Virus record (IMG/VR): IMGVR_UViG_3300032227_000570
Span: 35,800 to 99,799 of that record
Length of the DNA stretch: 64,000 nt
Origin: a virus
Lineage: Duplodnaviria; Caudoviricetes
Reading direction: 5' to 3' (one strand)
Shown: positions 45,101 through 56,241 of the stretch, in pieces
Position numbering within the stretch: the stretch's first letter is position 1
Layout: each line of letters opens with the position of its first letter
Translations under genes and position numbers: made by a program
Notes under the pieces: model-generated
Database searches by the model: none
The model's input: the letters and a program-made list of their open reading frames with translations, nothing else
Told to the model about the DNA's origin: nothing

Positions 45101-47955
45101 AATCCATGAGACAAAATCTTGATGTTATTTTGCTGTAGGTCAACTACTTGACGAGGTGTAAAGGTCTTATCGATAACAGGAACAAGACCATTTGCGGGTA
45201 CAGTAAATGAGTAAGCATCTGGAACAGCGTTAATTGTGTATGTTCCATCTGGAGAACGACCCAAAGACAAAATTCTGTGGCGGCCTGTTCCAAGAGAAGT
45301 AAGGTCAATTGGCACACCACTTTGAGCATTTACCAGTGTTGTTGCTAATTGAATCTGATTTCCGTCAGTTGCAATTACGTAGTATGGGTTACCTGAAACA
45401 AGACCACCAATTGCTGTTTGACCAACAGAGTCATACTGAACAAGTTCTCCAGTAGAGAATCCGTGATTTGGAATAGAGATAGAGTTTGCTGTTAATCCAG
45501 TATTAGCAATATCTACTGCACTTGTTGTAAGTGAGTGGTTTCCTGTGCCCAAACTAGATAGGTTGATAATGTTTTGACCAGCCTTATCGCTGGCAAGACG
45601 TACTAGGTTGTTGTCCACCTTATAGATAAAGTAAGACTGTCCGTTTGTAAGTCCACCAATTGCAGTTCCACCACCAGTTGAGTAAACAACCTTAGAACCT
45701 GTAACCAAATCGTGACCTGGAATGTAGAGGCTCTCGTCTGAAAGGTTAACAACCACATAAATAAAAGAGTGAGTTGTTCCAGAACCAGCAGCAGTTAAAT
45801 CAATAACATCTGAACCAAGTGACTGGCTCAACTGAATGTTGTTGGAATCAACTACAGTCTTGACGTAGTAAGTTGCACCGTCTTGAAGCGGTGTAATTGG
45901 AAGACTCGCAATAGTGGCTGTTCCACCAGATGTTGATGTGATAGTTCCACTTGTGCTTGTAGTAAACGTAAAGGTCGTTGTGCTTGGAACAGCAGCAATA
46001 ATGAATGCACCATTTAAATCTGTGTTAGATGTTCCAGCAACAGTTACAGTTTGACCTACAACGGCATTATGGGTAGCCGTAGTAGTCATTGTTACAAGAT
46101 TTCCAGTACGAACTGCTGTAGAGATGTTTCTAGCACCAGGGCTGTTTACCTGATATCGAACTGGCTGACCAGCCAAGAAACCGTGGCTAGGAATGGTGAT
46201 TGTATTTGTTGCTGTATTAGCAACAACCTTTCCAAAAGTTTCTGCAGCATTTTGTGTCGATGGGCTTGTGAAGTCTATGTTTGTAAACCCAGCAGTTTGC
46301 GGAGTTGTACTTAGTTTGTATGTCCAGTTGTCTACCTTATTAACGTAATAAGTTGTAGTTGTATTTAAAGGAGCGGCTGGAGTAGCACCAGAAGTAAGTC
46401 GATAAACAACCGCATCACCATTAGCCAAACCATGAGCATCAGTAGTATTAATTGTGTTGTTCTCAAGGTCTAAACTAATTGGGTAAAATGCGTGATACTC
46501 ACTACCAGCAGGAGTCAAAGTGATTGCGTTTGTTCCAGCATTAGCATCTGCAGCAGTTGGGTGAATAGTAAGAGCACCAGCAGCAGCCGAAGTTAGAACT
46601 ACAGAAACTGAACCTTCTACATCTCCTGTATTAAAGCCTTCGTTAGTAAGGGTGAATCCGTTAAATGCTGTTGAACCATTGAACTGACCAGTAGATGTAC
46701 CTGCGTTCTTAGCACTAGAGATAATGAAGGAACCTCCACCACCACCAGGAGCAGTACCTTGAGCGTTACCAGCAGCACCACCAGAGTAACCACCAGCACC
46801 ACCAGGAGCACCATAGGCTTCACCGTCAGAACCAGCACCGCCACCAAAACCACCGTTTGCAGATGAGCCACCTGCACCAGAACCACCTACGAGGCCGTTG
46901 TTAAAGCCTCCACCACCGCCACCGTATGAAGAGTTACCACCAGCACCGAGGAATCCACCTCCACCACCACCAGCAGTTCCACCAGGAGCACCGTTACCGT
47001 TTTGACCACCAGTGAGGTTTGCGTTATCACCTGCTGTTGTCATTAAAGCATTGCGACCAGGAGTGGTGTTAGAAGGAGAAGAACCAGCACCAGCAACAAA
47101 CAAAGGAACGTTTCCTTCTTTGCGAACAACAAAGGTTGCTCCAGAAGAAGAAGGCCAAGCATCGTTGTTACCTGGGTTAGAACCACGCTGTCCAACAGCA
47201 ATAGTAATAATCTCACCACGAGTGAGGTTGACAGTACCCTTAACGATACCTCCACCACCACCAGCAGCACGTGCTGTTTTACCAGGAGCACCCTTTACTG
47301 TAAATGTGTATGTACCAGTTACAGGAACTGTCCAGTCTTGATATCCTTGGAAACTTCCCTGATTAAAGTACGCTGTATTTGCAGTCCATGTTGCAGAAGA
47401 GTAAGCAGTTGTTAACTGTGAAAGTGTTGGGCCTGTACGACCAGTTACTCCAGCAGTAGTAAAGTTAAATGAAGTAAATGAGTACAAAGGTGCTGCGATA
47501 TCTGTAAAAGCACTAGATGTTTGTTTGACGTAGTATGTGTTGCCAGAAGTCAACCCTGTAATAGGGGTACTGTTTGTGTAGTACTTAACTGCCTGTTGGT
47601 TGTTATACAAAGAAGTTAGATGAATCTTATTTGAGTAAACAAATGGGAAGTTAAATGTAACGTTACCAGTTGTAAAATCAGTAATGTCAATAGCAGTACC
47701 GTTAGGTGTAGCAGAAAAAGTAAGTTTACTTTCATCTACGATGTTTGAAAATACAAGGCCACCAGAGGTAAATCCAGTGATGACACCTGTACCTGAACGA
47801 TAAATCCAAGGAGCATTAGCAGTGGCAGTAAAACCAGAGGCAAAATTAGCACCAGCAGTTCTATTAACGTAGATGAAGTTGTCTTCAACGTTAACAGATG
47901 TCTTAACTAATGAGTGTGTACCTGTAGTACCAGCAGCAGTAATATTAATTGGCAT
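42127..47955 (-). CDS. Giant (1942 aa) repeat-containing virion fibre/structural protein
   Basis: About 10 copies of an HGF.TG..V.Y...GGL..G..YYV repeat, a glycine-rich domain, and RQTRKYFRYQSGKG / YSWYGAG core. Confidence 0.8.
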   Translation of the reverse strand: MPINITAAGTTGTHSLVKTSVNVEDNFIYVNRTAGANFASGFTATANAPWIYRSGTGVITGFTSGGLVFSNIVDESKLTFSATPNGTAIDITDFTTGNVTFNFPFVYSNKIHLTSLYNNQQAVKYYTNSTPITGLTSGNTYYVKQTSSAFTDIAAPLYSFTSFNFTTAGVTGRTGPTLSQLTTAYSSATWTANTAYFNQGSFQGYQDWTVPVTGTYTFTVKGAPGKTARAAGGGGGIVKGTVNLTRGEIITIAVGQRGSNPGNNDAWPSSSGATFVVRKEGNVPLFVAGAGSSPSNTTPGRNALMTTAGDNANLTGGQNGNGAPGGTAGGGGGGFLGAGGNSSYGGGGGGFNNGLVGGSGAGGSSANGGFGGGAGSDGEAYGAPGGAGGYSGGAAGNAQGTAPGGGGGSFIISSAKNAGTSTGQFNGSTAFNGFTLTNEGFNTGDVEGSVSVVLTSAAAGALTIHPTAADANAGTNAITLTPAGSEYHAFYPISLDLENNTINTTDAHGLANGDAVVYRLTSGATPAAPLNTTTTYYVNKVDNWTYKLSTTPQTAGFTNIDFTSPSTQNAAETFGKVVANTATNTITIPSHGFLAGQPVRYQVNSPGARNISTAVRTGNLVTMTTTATHNAVVGQTVTVAGTSNTDLNGAFIIAAVPSTTTFTFTTSTSGTITSTSGGTATIASLPITPLQDGATYYVKTVVDSNNIQLSQSLGSDVIDLTAAGSGTTHSFIYVVVNLSDESLYIPGHDLVTGSKVVYSTGGGTAIGGLTNGQSYFIYKVDNNLVRLASDKAGQNIINLSSLGTGNHSLTTSAVDIANTGLTANSISIPNHGFSTGELVQYDSVGQTAIGGLVSGNPYYVIATDGNQIQLATTLVNAQSGVPIDLTSLGTGRHRILSLGRSPDGTYTINAVPDAYSFTVPANGLVPVIDKTFTPRQVVDLQQNNIKILSHGFITGTKLTYTNAGGTSIGGLTSGNDYYAIAINKDYIRLASTVDNASSGIPIVFTTFGAGADHSLKTYQINGYVTGAGTVTTASGSTLVNGSNTAFAKILKVGDRFRLFPPNTVTQVTFAASAVVVNPTNTITSNGHSFNTGDCVLYLSGSGGVAPTGLTSNQFYFLRRVDANTIKLFNTSSDATANTNPVVITTQGSGSAHTLSRTLPTAPIVRKITAIGSDTQITVDRPYTTTFTGVSYSYQTFLYVRPQGYSLHRSFDGGVEMSVGVGTSWASIIRQTRKYFRYQSGKGLQTSFGINFKPTIDLEKVFKVSNTTFQCVTRRPHGLINGLFVKISEALTSTGATSTVYNGTFQVTVIDSTNFTCIASSVPNAPDNIAYGFPQFNVSSWQNGAIRAGMFDFQNGMFFEFDGQKLYAVRRSSTQQVGGTAAALQGSEFVFGTGTSFSTQLAVNDYIVMRGQSYKVSSILSDTRITIKPEYKGASGIEKEFNPGNGTTGVVRQDDDKFFLQSHGFTELLPVVYNSIDGSPIGGLINGKTYYVSLIDNNNFQLKATPDSSQVVAISDAGSGNPHSFTPAKSGIIVTKTVDLRTPQEDFSIDPLDGTGPTGYNLDLGTIQMAYIDYSWYGAGKIRYGFKTVSGEVQYVHEYIHNNYMLESYFRSGNLPTRYEVTTYANPTYIPFLFHWGTSVIMDGKFDDDKAYLFTQSGQTLSITGTTAKSFGSRAITIANNQINIPTHGFASGDAVTFIGLTASGLTGSNNQNPAITAQPANYNFSNLQNSSTLYVRAIDANNVTLHPTQGDATATGGTNIIDITSQGNQQYTYYLYPLGSLNNTTGVNYQPLLSIRLSPSVSSGLTGKLGDRDVINRMQLRMKELSIQTTQLVDVKVLINPRLNNLNFTGVPVPSLTQIIQHNSNDTISGGTQIYNFRAAGQNGVEQSTTVDISELFELSNSILGGDSVFPDGPDILTIAVARLTGNTTLTSAKLTWTEAQA

Positions 47956-47957
47956 GT

Positions 47958-50483
47958 TTACCCCTTATACCTAATGACGACAATACCTGAACCACCATAA
48001 CCACCACGGTTATTTGAGTTGTAGTGAGCACCGCCACCACCACCGCCACCAGTGTTTGCACCAGCGTTACCGCCAGGTACGTTAGCCCAAGTGCTAGTAC
48101 CGCCACCTTGACCACCTTGACCTGGGTTTAATCCAGCACCACCTGATGGTGTACATGGAGAACCTCCACCGCCACCACCATTACCGCCTTGACCACCGCA
48201 CTGAGTATAACCAGCACCGCCACCGCCACCAGCCCAGTAATAACCTGTTCCTGTAATGTCGTTGAATACACCAATTCCACCTTGTGGATTATTTCCAGTG
48301 TTTTGACCAGCAGCACCAGCACCGCCACCGCCACCTGGGTACCAAGCACCGCCACCACCAGCACCATTATTACCTTGACCTGGTGTACCAAAACCGTTTA
48401 CGGAACCGCCGTAGCCTGAACCAGAGTTGTTGTTTGCTCCACCTGAACCGCCACCACCAGAGCCAACACCTGAACGAAGAGCAGGGTTATCTGCACGGTC
48501 GTGGTTAGAAGCACCGCCACCGCCACCAAGAGAAACAATATTAAGTCCGCCACCAACGATTGAGGAGTTTCCGCCTTCCCAACCACGTCGGTTACCAACA
48601 CCTGAGTTATCTCCCTGACCACCTGCACCAACAGTGACAGTTACAGTTCCAGAAGTAATAGGTACAGCAGTTCCTGCTAGATAACCTCCAGCACCTCCAC
48701 CGCCACCCATGTCAGAACCGCCTGAACCACCACCAGCAACAACCATGTAATCCACAGTTCCAGCACCAGTTACGTTAACTGTTGAAGTACCCACTGTTGT
48801 AAAGGTCAATACCTTATAAGACTGACCAGATACTGAAATTGTTGTAGGTGTAGGTCCGCCAGTAATGCTCAGTCCAGAACTTGATTCAAGTTGAACGTTA
48901 TTTGCATCTAGACGGGTGATGTACATGTAGTCCTTTGTGAAAGACAAACGTGTAAGTGCTCCACCAGATGGGTAAGAGTACTTAACCATGTCACCAGTAA
49001 CTAGACCGTGAGCAGGGATATGCAGTACGTCTTTATCTACAGATACGCCAATTTGCTGGAAAGTATGGGTTCCAGAACCCTGGCTTGTAATAACAATCTC
49101 AGAACCACCAACTGTTGCAGACAACTTAATCTGGATAAGTCCTGGGGCTGGAGAAACGATGATGTTGAAGTATGTAAGCCAGTAAGTTGTGTTGTTAGTT
49201 AGACCACCTGCTGCAGTTCCTGTGGTTGTGTAAAGAACCATAGAACCAACAGATAGGCCAGTAGAAACACCAGAACCAGCATTATTTGTTGTTTGAATAA
49301 GAGCAGAACCGTTAGAGAATGTTGTGTTAGTTCCGTTTACAGAACCAAGGTTGTTAGCACCATCAAATACTAGAGGGCCTCCAGAAGTAAGGGCTACGGT
49401 TGTCTCATTAGTCGCACTTGTGTTGTTACCAGCAAATAGTGCAGCCTGAACTGCTAGTTGAATAGTTCCAGATAGAGTCACTGTTAAATCAATAGCGTCT
49501 CCACCAGGGGTAGCAGAAACCTGGAATTCAGAAGAAGAAGTTCCAAGTAGGGCTGTGCTCTTTAGGTAAACAACACCACGAGGACGAGTAGCAAAGTAAC
49601 CAGAAGCAGCAGAAATGTTGTAGTACAAAGGTGTACCAATTTGCTTACCTGCAAAGTTTTCTTGACCAGCCGTGTGGGTTACTGTAATAGTGTCTGTTGT
49701 AGCATTAAAAGAAACAATGCTGCTTGGAGTTGCTCCAATATTTGCTTTGTTACTCAAATCAAGAGAGTAAGAGGTAAGAGTATTGGAACCATCAAAAGAC
49801 TGTGCTGTTGCTGTATTTGAAGAGTCAAACGTCTTAGCACCAGTGTTTGATGAGTCAAACTCTTGAGAAATAGTTGAGTTAAGGTTCAAGAAGTAGAATG
49901 GAGTGTTAACACCAAAACCGTGAGGGCTATCTGTCTTTACTGTAAGTGTTGAACTTCCAGAAGCGTTTGTAACGATACCTTCAGAGTCAGCAATCTTAAT
50001 CTGTGAACCCTGGAAGAACTGTCCTGTAATAACAGAAGTGTAAAGGTCAATAATTGACGCAGTAACTAACTGGTTCTGCTTGCAAAGGTATGTAAAAGTG
50101 GTGGTATCTGGCACTGAGTTAATGATGTAAGCACCATCTGCAGTAAGTGACTTTGAGCCAGAAACGTTAAGAGGAATACCAACAGCAAGACCGTGAGGCA
50201 AAGAAGTGGTTACTTTAATTTCACGTGAATCTGCGGTTGTTGTTAAGTCTAAAAGGTTAGGGATTGTTGTATCACCAGAAGCAGAAAAGAATGAAGGGGT
50301 GTTGTTGATAAGTTCAACTGTTTCCCACTTTGTTGGCTGCAGACCATATTCAAAGTCTGTATCCATCATTGTCTGCGGTTCGGATACACGCAGTTTCGTT
50401 ACTGGGTCAATTAATTCGGCAGGAAAACGGATTTCTCCACTTGTTCCACTTCCGCTTGAACTACCGCCTAAAAATCCTGGCAT
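47958..50483 (-). CDS. Virion structural protein with C-terminal glycine-rich domain
   Basis: DPVTKLRVSEPQ...DTDFEYGLQPTKWE N-terminus; VVAGGG.GG...GGGGAGG...GGSGIVVIRY. Confidence 0.8.
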   Translation of the reverse strand: MPGFLGGSSSGSGTSGEIRFPAELIDPVTKLRVSEPQTMMDTDFEYGLQPTKWETVELINNTPSFFSASGDTTIPNLLDLTTTADSREIKVTTSLPHGLAVGIPLNVSGSKSLTADGAYIINSVPDTTTFTYLCKQNQLVTASIIDLYTSVITGQFFQGSQIKIADSEGIVTNASGSSTLTVKTDSPHGFGVNTPFYFLNLNSTISQEFDSSNTGAKTFDSSNTATAQSFDGSNTLTSYSLDLSNKANIGATPSSIVSFNATTDTITVTHTAGQENFAGKQIGTPLYYNISAASGYFATRPRGVVYLKSTALLGTSSSEFQVSATPGGDAIDLTVTLSGTIQLAVQAALFAGNNTSATNETTVALTSGGPLVFDGANNLGSVNGTNTTFSNGSALIQTTNNAGSGVSTGLSVGSMVLYTTTGTAAGGLTNNTTYWLTYFNIIVSPAPGLIQIKLSATVGGSEIVITSQGSGTHTFQQIGVSVDKDVLHIPAHGLVTGDMVKYSYPSGGALTRLSFTKDYMYITRLDANNVQLESSSGLSITGGPTPTTISVSGQSYKVLTFTTVGTSTVNVTGAGTVDYMVVAGGGSGGSDMGGGGGAGGYLAGTAVPITSGTVTVTVGAGGQGDNSGVGNRRGWEGGNSSIVGGGLNIVSLGGGGGASNHDRADNPALRSGVGSGGGGSGGANNNSGSGYGGSVNGFGTPGQGNNGAGGGGAWYPGGGGGAGAAGQNTGNNPQGGIGVFNDITGTGYYWAGGGGGAGYTQCGGQGGNGGGGGGSPCTPSGGAGLNPGQGGQGGGTSTWANVPGGNAGANTGGGGGGGAHYNSNNRGGYGGSGIVVIRYKG

Positions 50484-50507
50484 TAGTTGCTACCTTTCCT
50501 TATCATT

Positions 50508-52516
<2,009 letters not shown>

Positions 52517-52517
<1 letters not shown>

Positions 52518-53575
52518 TATGTAGTCACCTCACGTACTGTAAATAATTTGCCAGCCTTGTATGTTTCTTTGTGACCGTCAGAGTCATATACAAACTGAAC
52601 GTCCCAATACATACGCTGTGCAAGTCTCTTTGTTTGTTCCTGCGTTAAACTCAAGGTAATAGTATGACTTGTTGTTGAACCTGCCGCAGTAGTAACTACT
52701 ACTGTAAATGGCATGTGGGATTGGTCTACTCCCGCTTTCCATCTGATGTTCGCAACAACGCCCTTAGTAGTGAGGTCACCCGTGTACGGTAAGGAGTATG
52801 TGAAAGCCACATCCTGGTAAGCGGTGAGTTCCACAGAGTCATAAGGGTGCTCTGATGGTTTGTCTCCGTATGTTGGGCGTGGGAGTTCGATTCTTTCTGG
52901 ATAGGAGTAATCGTCCACCTCCTGTGGTCGGTATAGAGGTACGTAGTGGTTTGTTGTGCGTGAAATACGGCGGAGTGTAAATACCTCCATGCCAAATAGA
53001 CCGATACCCATAAGAGTACAGAGTTCACGGTATTGCTCTTTACGTGCATTGAGCATGTCCATCAACTGACGGTAACGCTCTGCACGTGGGATGCTGACTC
53101 CATCTGGAGCCGAAATATTAATATCAAAAGATGCGTCAGTAGCAAGGGTGTACAACGCAAGAGTTGTAGCAAGTAGGGCTACTGGATAGACCTCGTTAGC
53201 AGGAAGTCTTTCTAATGTTTGAACACGTCCAAGAGAGTCAACTCTGTTGTTTGAATGCTGTAGAAAAGCAGCATCAACAAAACGCTCAATCTCAGATGTA
53301 GTGAAGTATCTAAAGTAATTTCCAGCAACTGTAATTTCTACCCCGTCTAGAGGTACCTGGTCTGTTACAAGGACACCAGTTGCTTCTTCAACAGAACAAT
53401 CGTTTGAAACATCTACTCCGTCAAAACTTACAAAGACATCAGTTGCGTCTACTGGAGCGTAATGAAGGGTAAATCTATTAGTTGTTCCGTCTGCCATAAA
53501 CTGCATTACGAAGGACTTAGATGTGTCACCCAACTCTGACCGAACTAAATCGGTGAGACTGGATACTGTGGTCAC
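52517..53575 (-). CDS. Putative head-tail adaptor with accessory domains
   Basis: [27 protein letters not shown]; downstream of the capsid genes. Confidence 0.55.
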
Positions 53576-53636
53576 TTATCCTCCATGCTAATAATTACCT
53601 GTGGCTATAATCGCAAATTATTTACGATTAGTACGC

Positions 53637-53689
53637 ACAAAAGGGGTACGTCCCTCTGGGAGGAGGGCGGAAACCAGAGGGAACGTACC
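53637..53689 (-). terminator. Long hairpin / terminator with CU-rich loop
   Basis: Minus strand ggtacgttccctctgg-tttccgccctcctc-ccagagggacgtacc then ccttttg. Confidence 0.65.
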
Positions 53690-53709
53690 GACTTATTGAC
53701 GACTAATTT

Positions 53710-54081
53710 TTAGTTTGGTCGCCAAATGTAACCTAGACCTTCGAGATAATTAGCAAGGTCACGAGGTACTGAGTACTTAACACCAGCCTTGAATGTGTAG
53801 GTATTGCCTACACCGTAGGTCATGTCATCAATATCTGTAATCGTACGGATAATGACTTTGTCATTAGCCAGTCCTACGCCAATTTCTTCGATTTCGTCTA
53901 GAACAATAGGTACGTCTGGATGCTTTGGGTCAAAGACATCTCGTTCCAATGATTCTGCTTCTAACTGGTTAGCGATTGAAATTTCATCTTGACGCTTACG
54001 CAGTTCTTCTGCCCGACTCTTTTGTGCTTTTTCCGCTGCTTTGCCTGTTGCATCAAGCGGACTTGTTGGTGTATTTGCCAC
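53710..54081 (-). CDS. Hypothetical capsid-associated protein
   Basis: 123 aa directly after the major capsid gene; TAGGAG SD. Confidence 0.65.
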   Translation of the reverse strand: MANTPTSPLDATGKAAEKAQKSRAEELRKRQDEISIANQLEAESLERDVFDPKHPDVPIVLDEIEEIGVGLANDKVIIRTITDIDDMTYGVGNTYTFKAGVKYSVPRDLANYLEGLGYIWRPN

Positions 54082-54120
54082 GGTATGTATTCTCCTAAAG
54101 TAGTTTTTAAATTATTGTGG

Positions 54121-54157
54121 TGGATAGGCCCCAAAGAAGGAGTATGGGGCCTATCCA
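54121..54157 (-). promoter_or_regulatory. 13-bp perfect hairpin after the major capsid gene (stability/attenuation element)
   Basis: tggataggcccca / tggggcctatcca; minus-strand loop tactccttctt; no U-tract. Confidence 0.7.
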
Positions 54158-54170
54158 ACCCATGCTTAAA

Positions 54171-55283
54171 TTAAGCGGTGTAGACCTTAACGATAGCCTG
54201 GTCTGTGATAACGCCAAGACCCCAAATTGCGTACCATGCAAGAGCGTGTTCACGACCGAAGTCAAGAACTCCACCATCACGTAGTTCAACTGGAAGAGAG
54301 ATAGCGTGACCAAATGCGTTGTCACCAATCATGATTGACTCATAAGTGTCAACACCTGGTGTACCAGCAGTTGCAGAAGCACCTGCTGATTCTGGGTTTC
54401 CACCAGTTCCTGGACCAGTGTTAGCCTTTACAGGAACAGTTGTCTGGTCTGAAACAGCACCAACCTGGCTTGCGTAATCGATTGCAACTCCACCTGTCAA
54501 CTTCTTGACCTGTGTTGTCTCAATGAATACTACGTCGTATAGACGACCAATTTCACCAAGCATGAAGTTTCCTGGAGCAGCGTACTTTGTAACTTCGATG
54601 AACTCTGGGTTCGAACGAATGTCACGTGACTGCTTAGGGTGGATGAACTGAACATAGGTCTCACCAAGGCGAGGGATGTTCTTTGATGCAAGTGTCAGTG
54701 CTGCGTCCTTAACGGCTGCAGTTGTCAACTTGTGGTTCGCTGTAATAGCAGCAAGGTTTGCTGCCTTTGAACCTTCATCGTAGTTTGTGAATGCTCCACC
54801 TGAGATGCCTGAACGGTCGTATCCGAAGACAGCAGAGGTAGCAGCACCAAGAGTGTTGCGAGCCTGTACGTCAAGGTACTGTGCCATGTGGCGACCGAGA
54901 AGACGTGAAGATGATGCCATAACGTCATCGAATGATGCGTTAAGTAGAAGTTCTGAAACTGCTACTGCGTAGCCGTGTTCAGCAACTGTAATTGCAATCT
55001 GCTCTGCTGTGAGAGCGTTTGTTGTAAGACGTACACCTTCTGTAAGAGGTGCTGGGTCTACAGCAAAGTTCTTGTAACGAAGGAAGTTCACACGAAGACC
55101 TGGTGCTACACCAAGTTCAGTCTTCTTTACTGCGAACTGCTCGAAACGAAGGATTGGCATTGCCTGGAACAAGATTTCCTTAGACCAGATGGTCTGGATT
55201 GCTTGTGAAAGGCTTGTGTTAGTGCCGCTGTATGCGGTAGGTGCTGCAGCCAGTTGACTGGAGCCTGTAATCGCTGATGCCAT
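54171..55283 (-). CDS. Major capsid protein (N4-gp56 family, HK97 fold)
   Basis: LFQAMPILRFEQFA, PLTEGV, EHGYAV..SE, IHPKQ..D, GEIGRL..V.F.ET, DFGREH.LAWY; after the scaffold gene. Confidence 0.9.
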   Translation of the reverse strand: MASAITGSSQLAAAPTAYSGTNTSLSQAIQTIWSKEILFQAMPILRFEQFAVKKTELGVAPGLRVNFLRYKNFAVDPAPLTEGVRLTTNALTAEQIAITVAEHGYAVAVSELLLNASFDDVMASSSRLLGRHMAQYLDVQARNTLGAATSAVFGYDRSGISGGAFTNYDEGSKAANLAAITANHKLTTAAVKDAALTLASKNIPRLGETYVQFIHPKQSRDIRSNPEFIEVTKYAAPGNFMLGEIGRLYDVVFIETTQVKKLTGGVAIDYASQVGAVSDQTTVPVKANTGPGTGGNPESAGASATAGTPGVDTYESIMIGDNAFGHAISLPVELRDGGVLDFGREHALAWYAIWGLGVITDQAIVKVYTA

Positions 55284-55331
55284 AGTTGGAATCAACCTTT
55301 CTTGTTAGTTGTTAGTGTTAGGTTAATTAAA

Positions 55332-56120
55332 TTACCCGAACAGTCCTCGCCCACGATTACCTGCTGCTTCGCCAAGTAACTTGGCTCTTTGCTTCGCATA
55401 ATCTGCCAATGACATATCCCGAATAGATTCGGGTGAGTACGAACGTTGTTCCGAGTCGTTATCTAGAGGTCCTGATGCTGGAGCGGTTACCCGTGTTCCA
55501 GCCATTTCTCTGCGAGCCGACTGTGAAGCCGCCTGTACAGAGCCGAGAATTTGAGCAGATTTGTTTTTAAGATTCGTGATGCTCTGCTCAATCTCATCAC
55601 GGTCATTACCTTCAATTAAATCTACAAGTTCAGGAATGATTGAATCACGTTCCTGCTCTAGACGTTGTTGACGGTACTGCATTACATCTTGAAAGTGCTT
55701 TTCCTGCTCAAGTAGTGCAAAGGCACGTTCTCTTTCAAGACGCTCTGCTTCTAACTGTGCAGCAAATTCTTGCTCTTTCTTTTGAAGAAGTGAACGAACG
55801 TCCATTTCCTCTTCTTGCTGCTTCTGCTGTTCTAGCATTGCAGCCTGACGATTGCGTTCTTCTTCCGCAGCACGGTCATCACGCTCCTTCTTCAAGGTTG
55901 CAAGTTCCTCTTTTAACTTCTCCATCTGAGGATAAAGTTTTGCCTTCTCTTGTTCACGAGCCTTTGCAATGTCATCTTGCGAAAAGCCTGAATTAAAAGA
56001 AGGAACAGAAGTGGTTGAAGATACTTCTCCAACACTTGCATTTGTCATGATGGTTTCGGCAGCGACATTTGAAGCCGTTACTTCGCCAGTTACTTCGTTA
56101 TTTTCCGTTGTCATTCTCAT
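55332..56120 (-). CDS. Capsid scaffolding protein
   Basis: Coiled-coil (REQEKAKLY), C-terminal IRDMS.ADYAK.R; between portal and capsid. Confidence 0.8.
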   Translation of the reverse strand: MRMTTENNEVTGEVTASNVAAETIMTNASVGEVSSTTSVPSFNSGFSQDDIAKAREQEKAKLYPQMEKLKEELATLKKERDDRAAEEERNRQAAMLEQQKQQEEEMDVRSLLQKKEQEFAAQLEAERLERERAFALLEQEKHFQDVMQYRQQRLEQERDSIIPELVDLIEGNDRDEIEQSITNLKNKSAQILGSVQAASQSARREMAGTRVTAPASGPLDNDSEQRSYSPESIRDMSLADYAKQRAKLLGEAAGNRGRGLFG

Positions 56121-56241
56121 ACCTTTTCTATGTCATTGTCCGAATACAGGTTGCCCTGCGTGTCCCACTTTACTTACCCCGCAATTTCACACTTTTTTTG
56201 TGCTCTTGTCAGGGTAAATCAGATTATTTATCTGAATTCTT

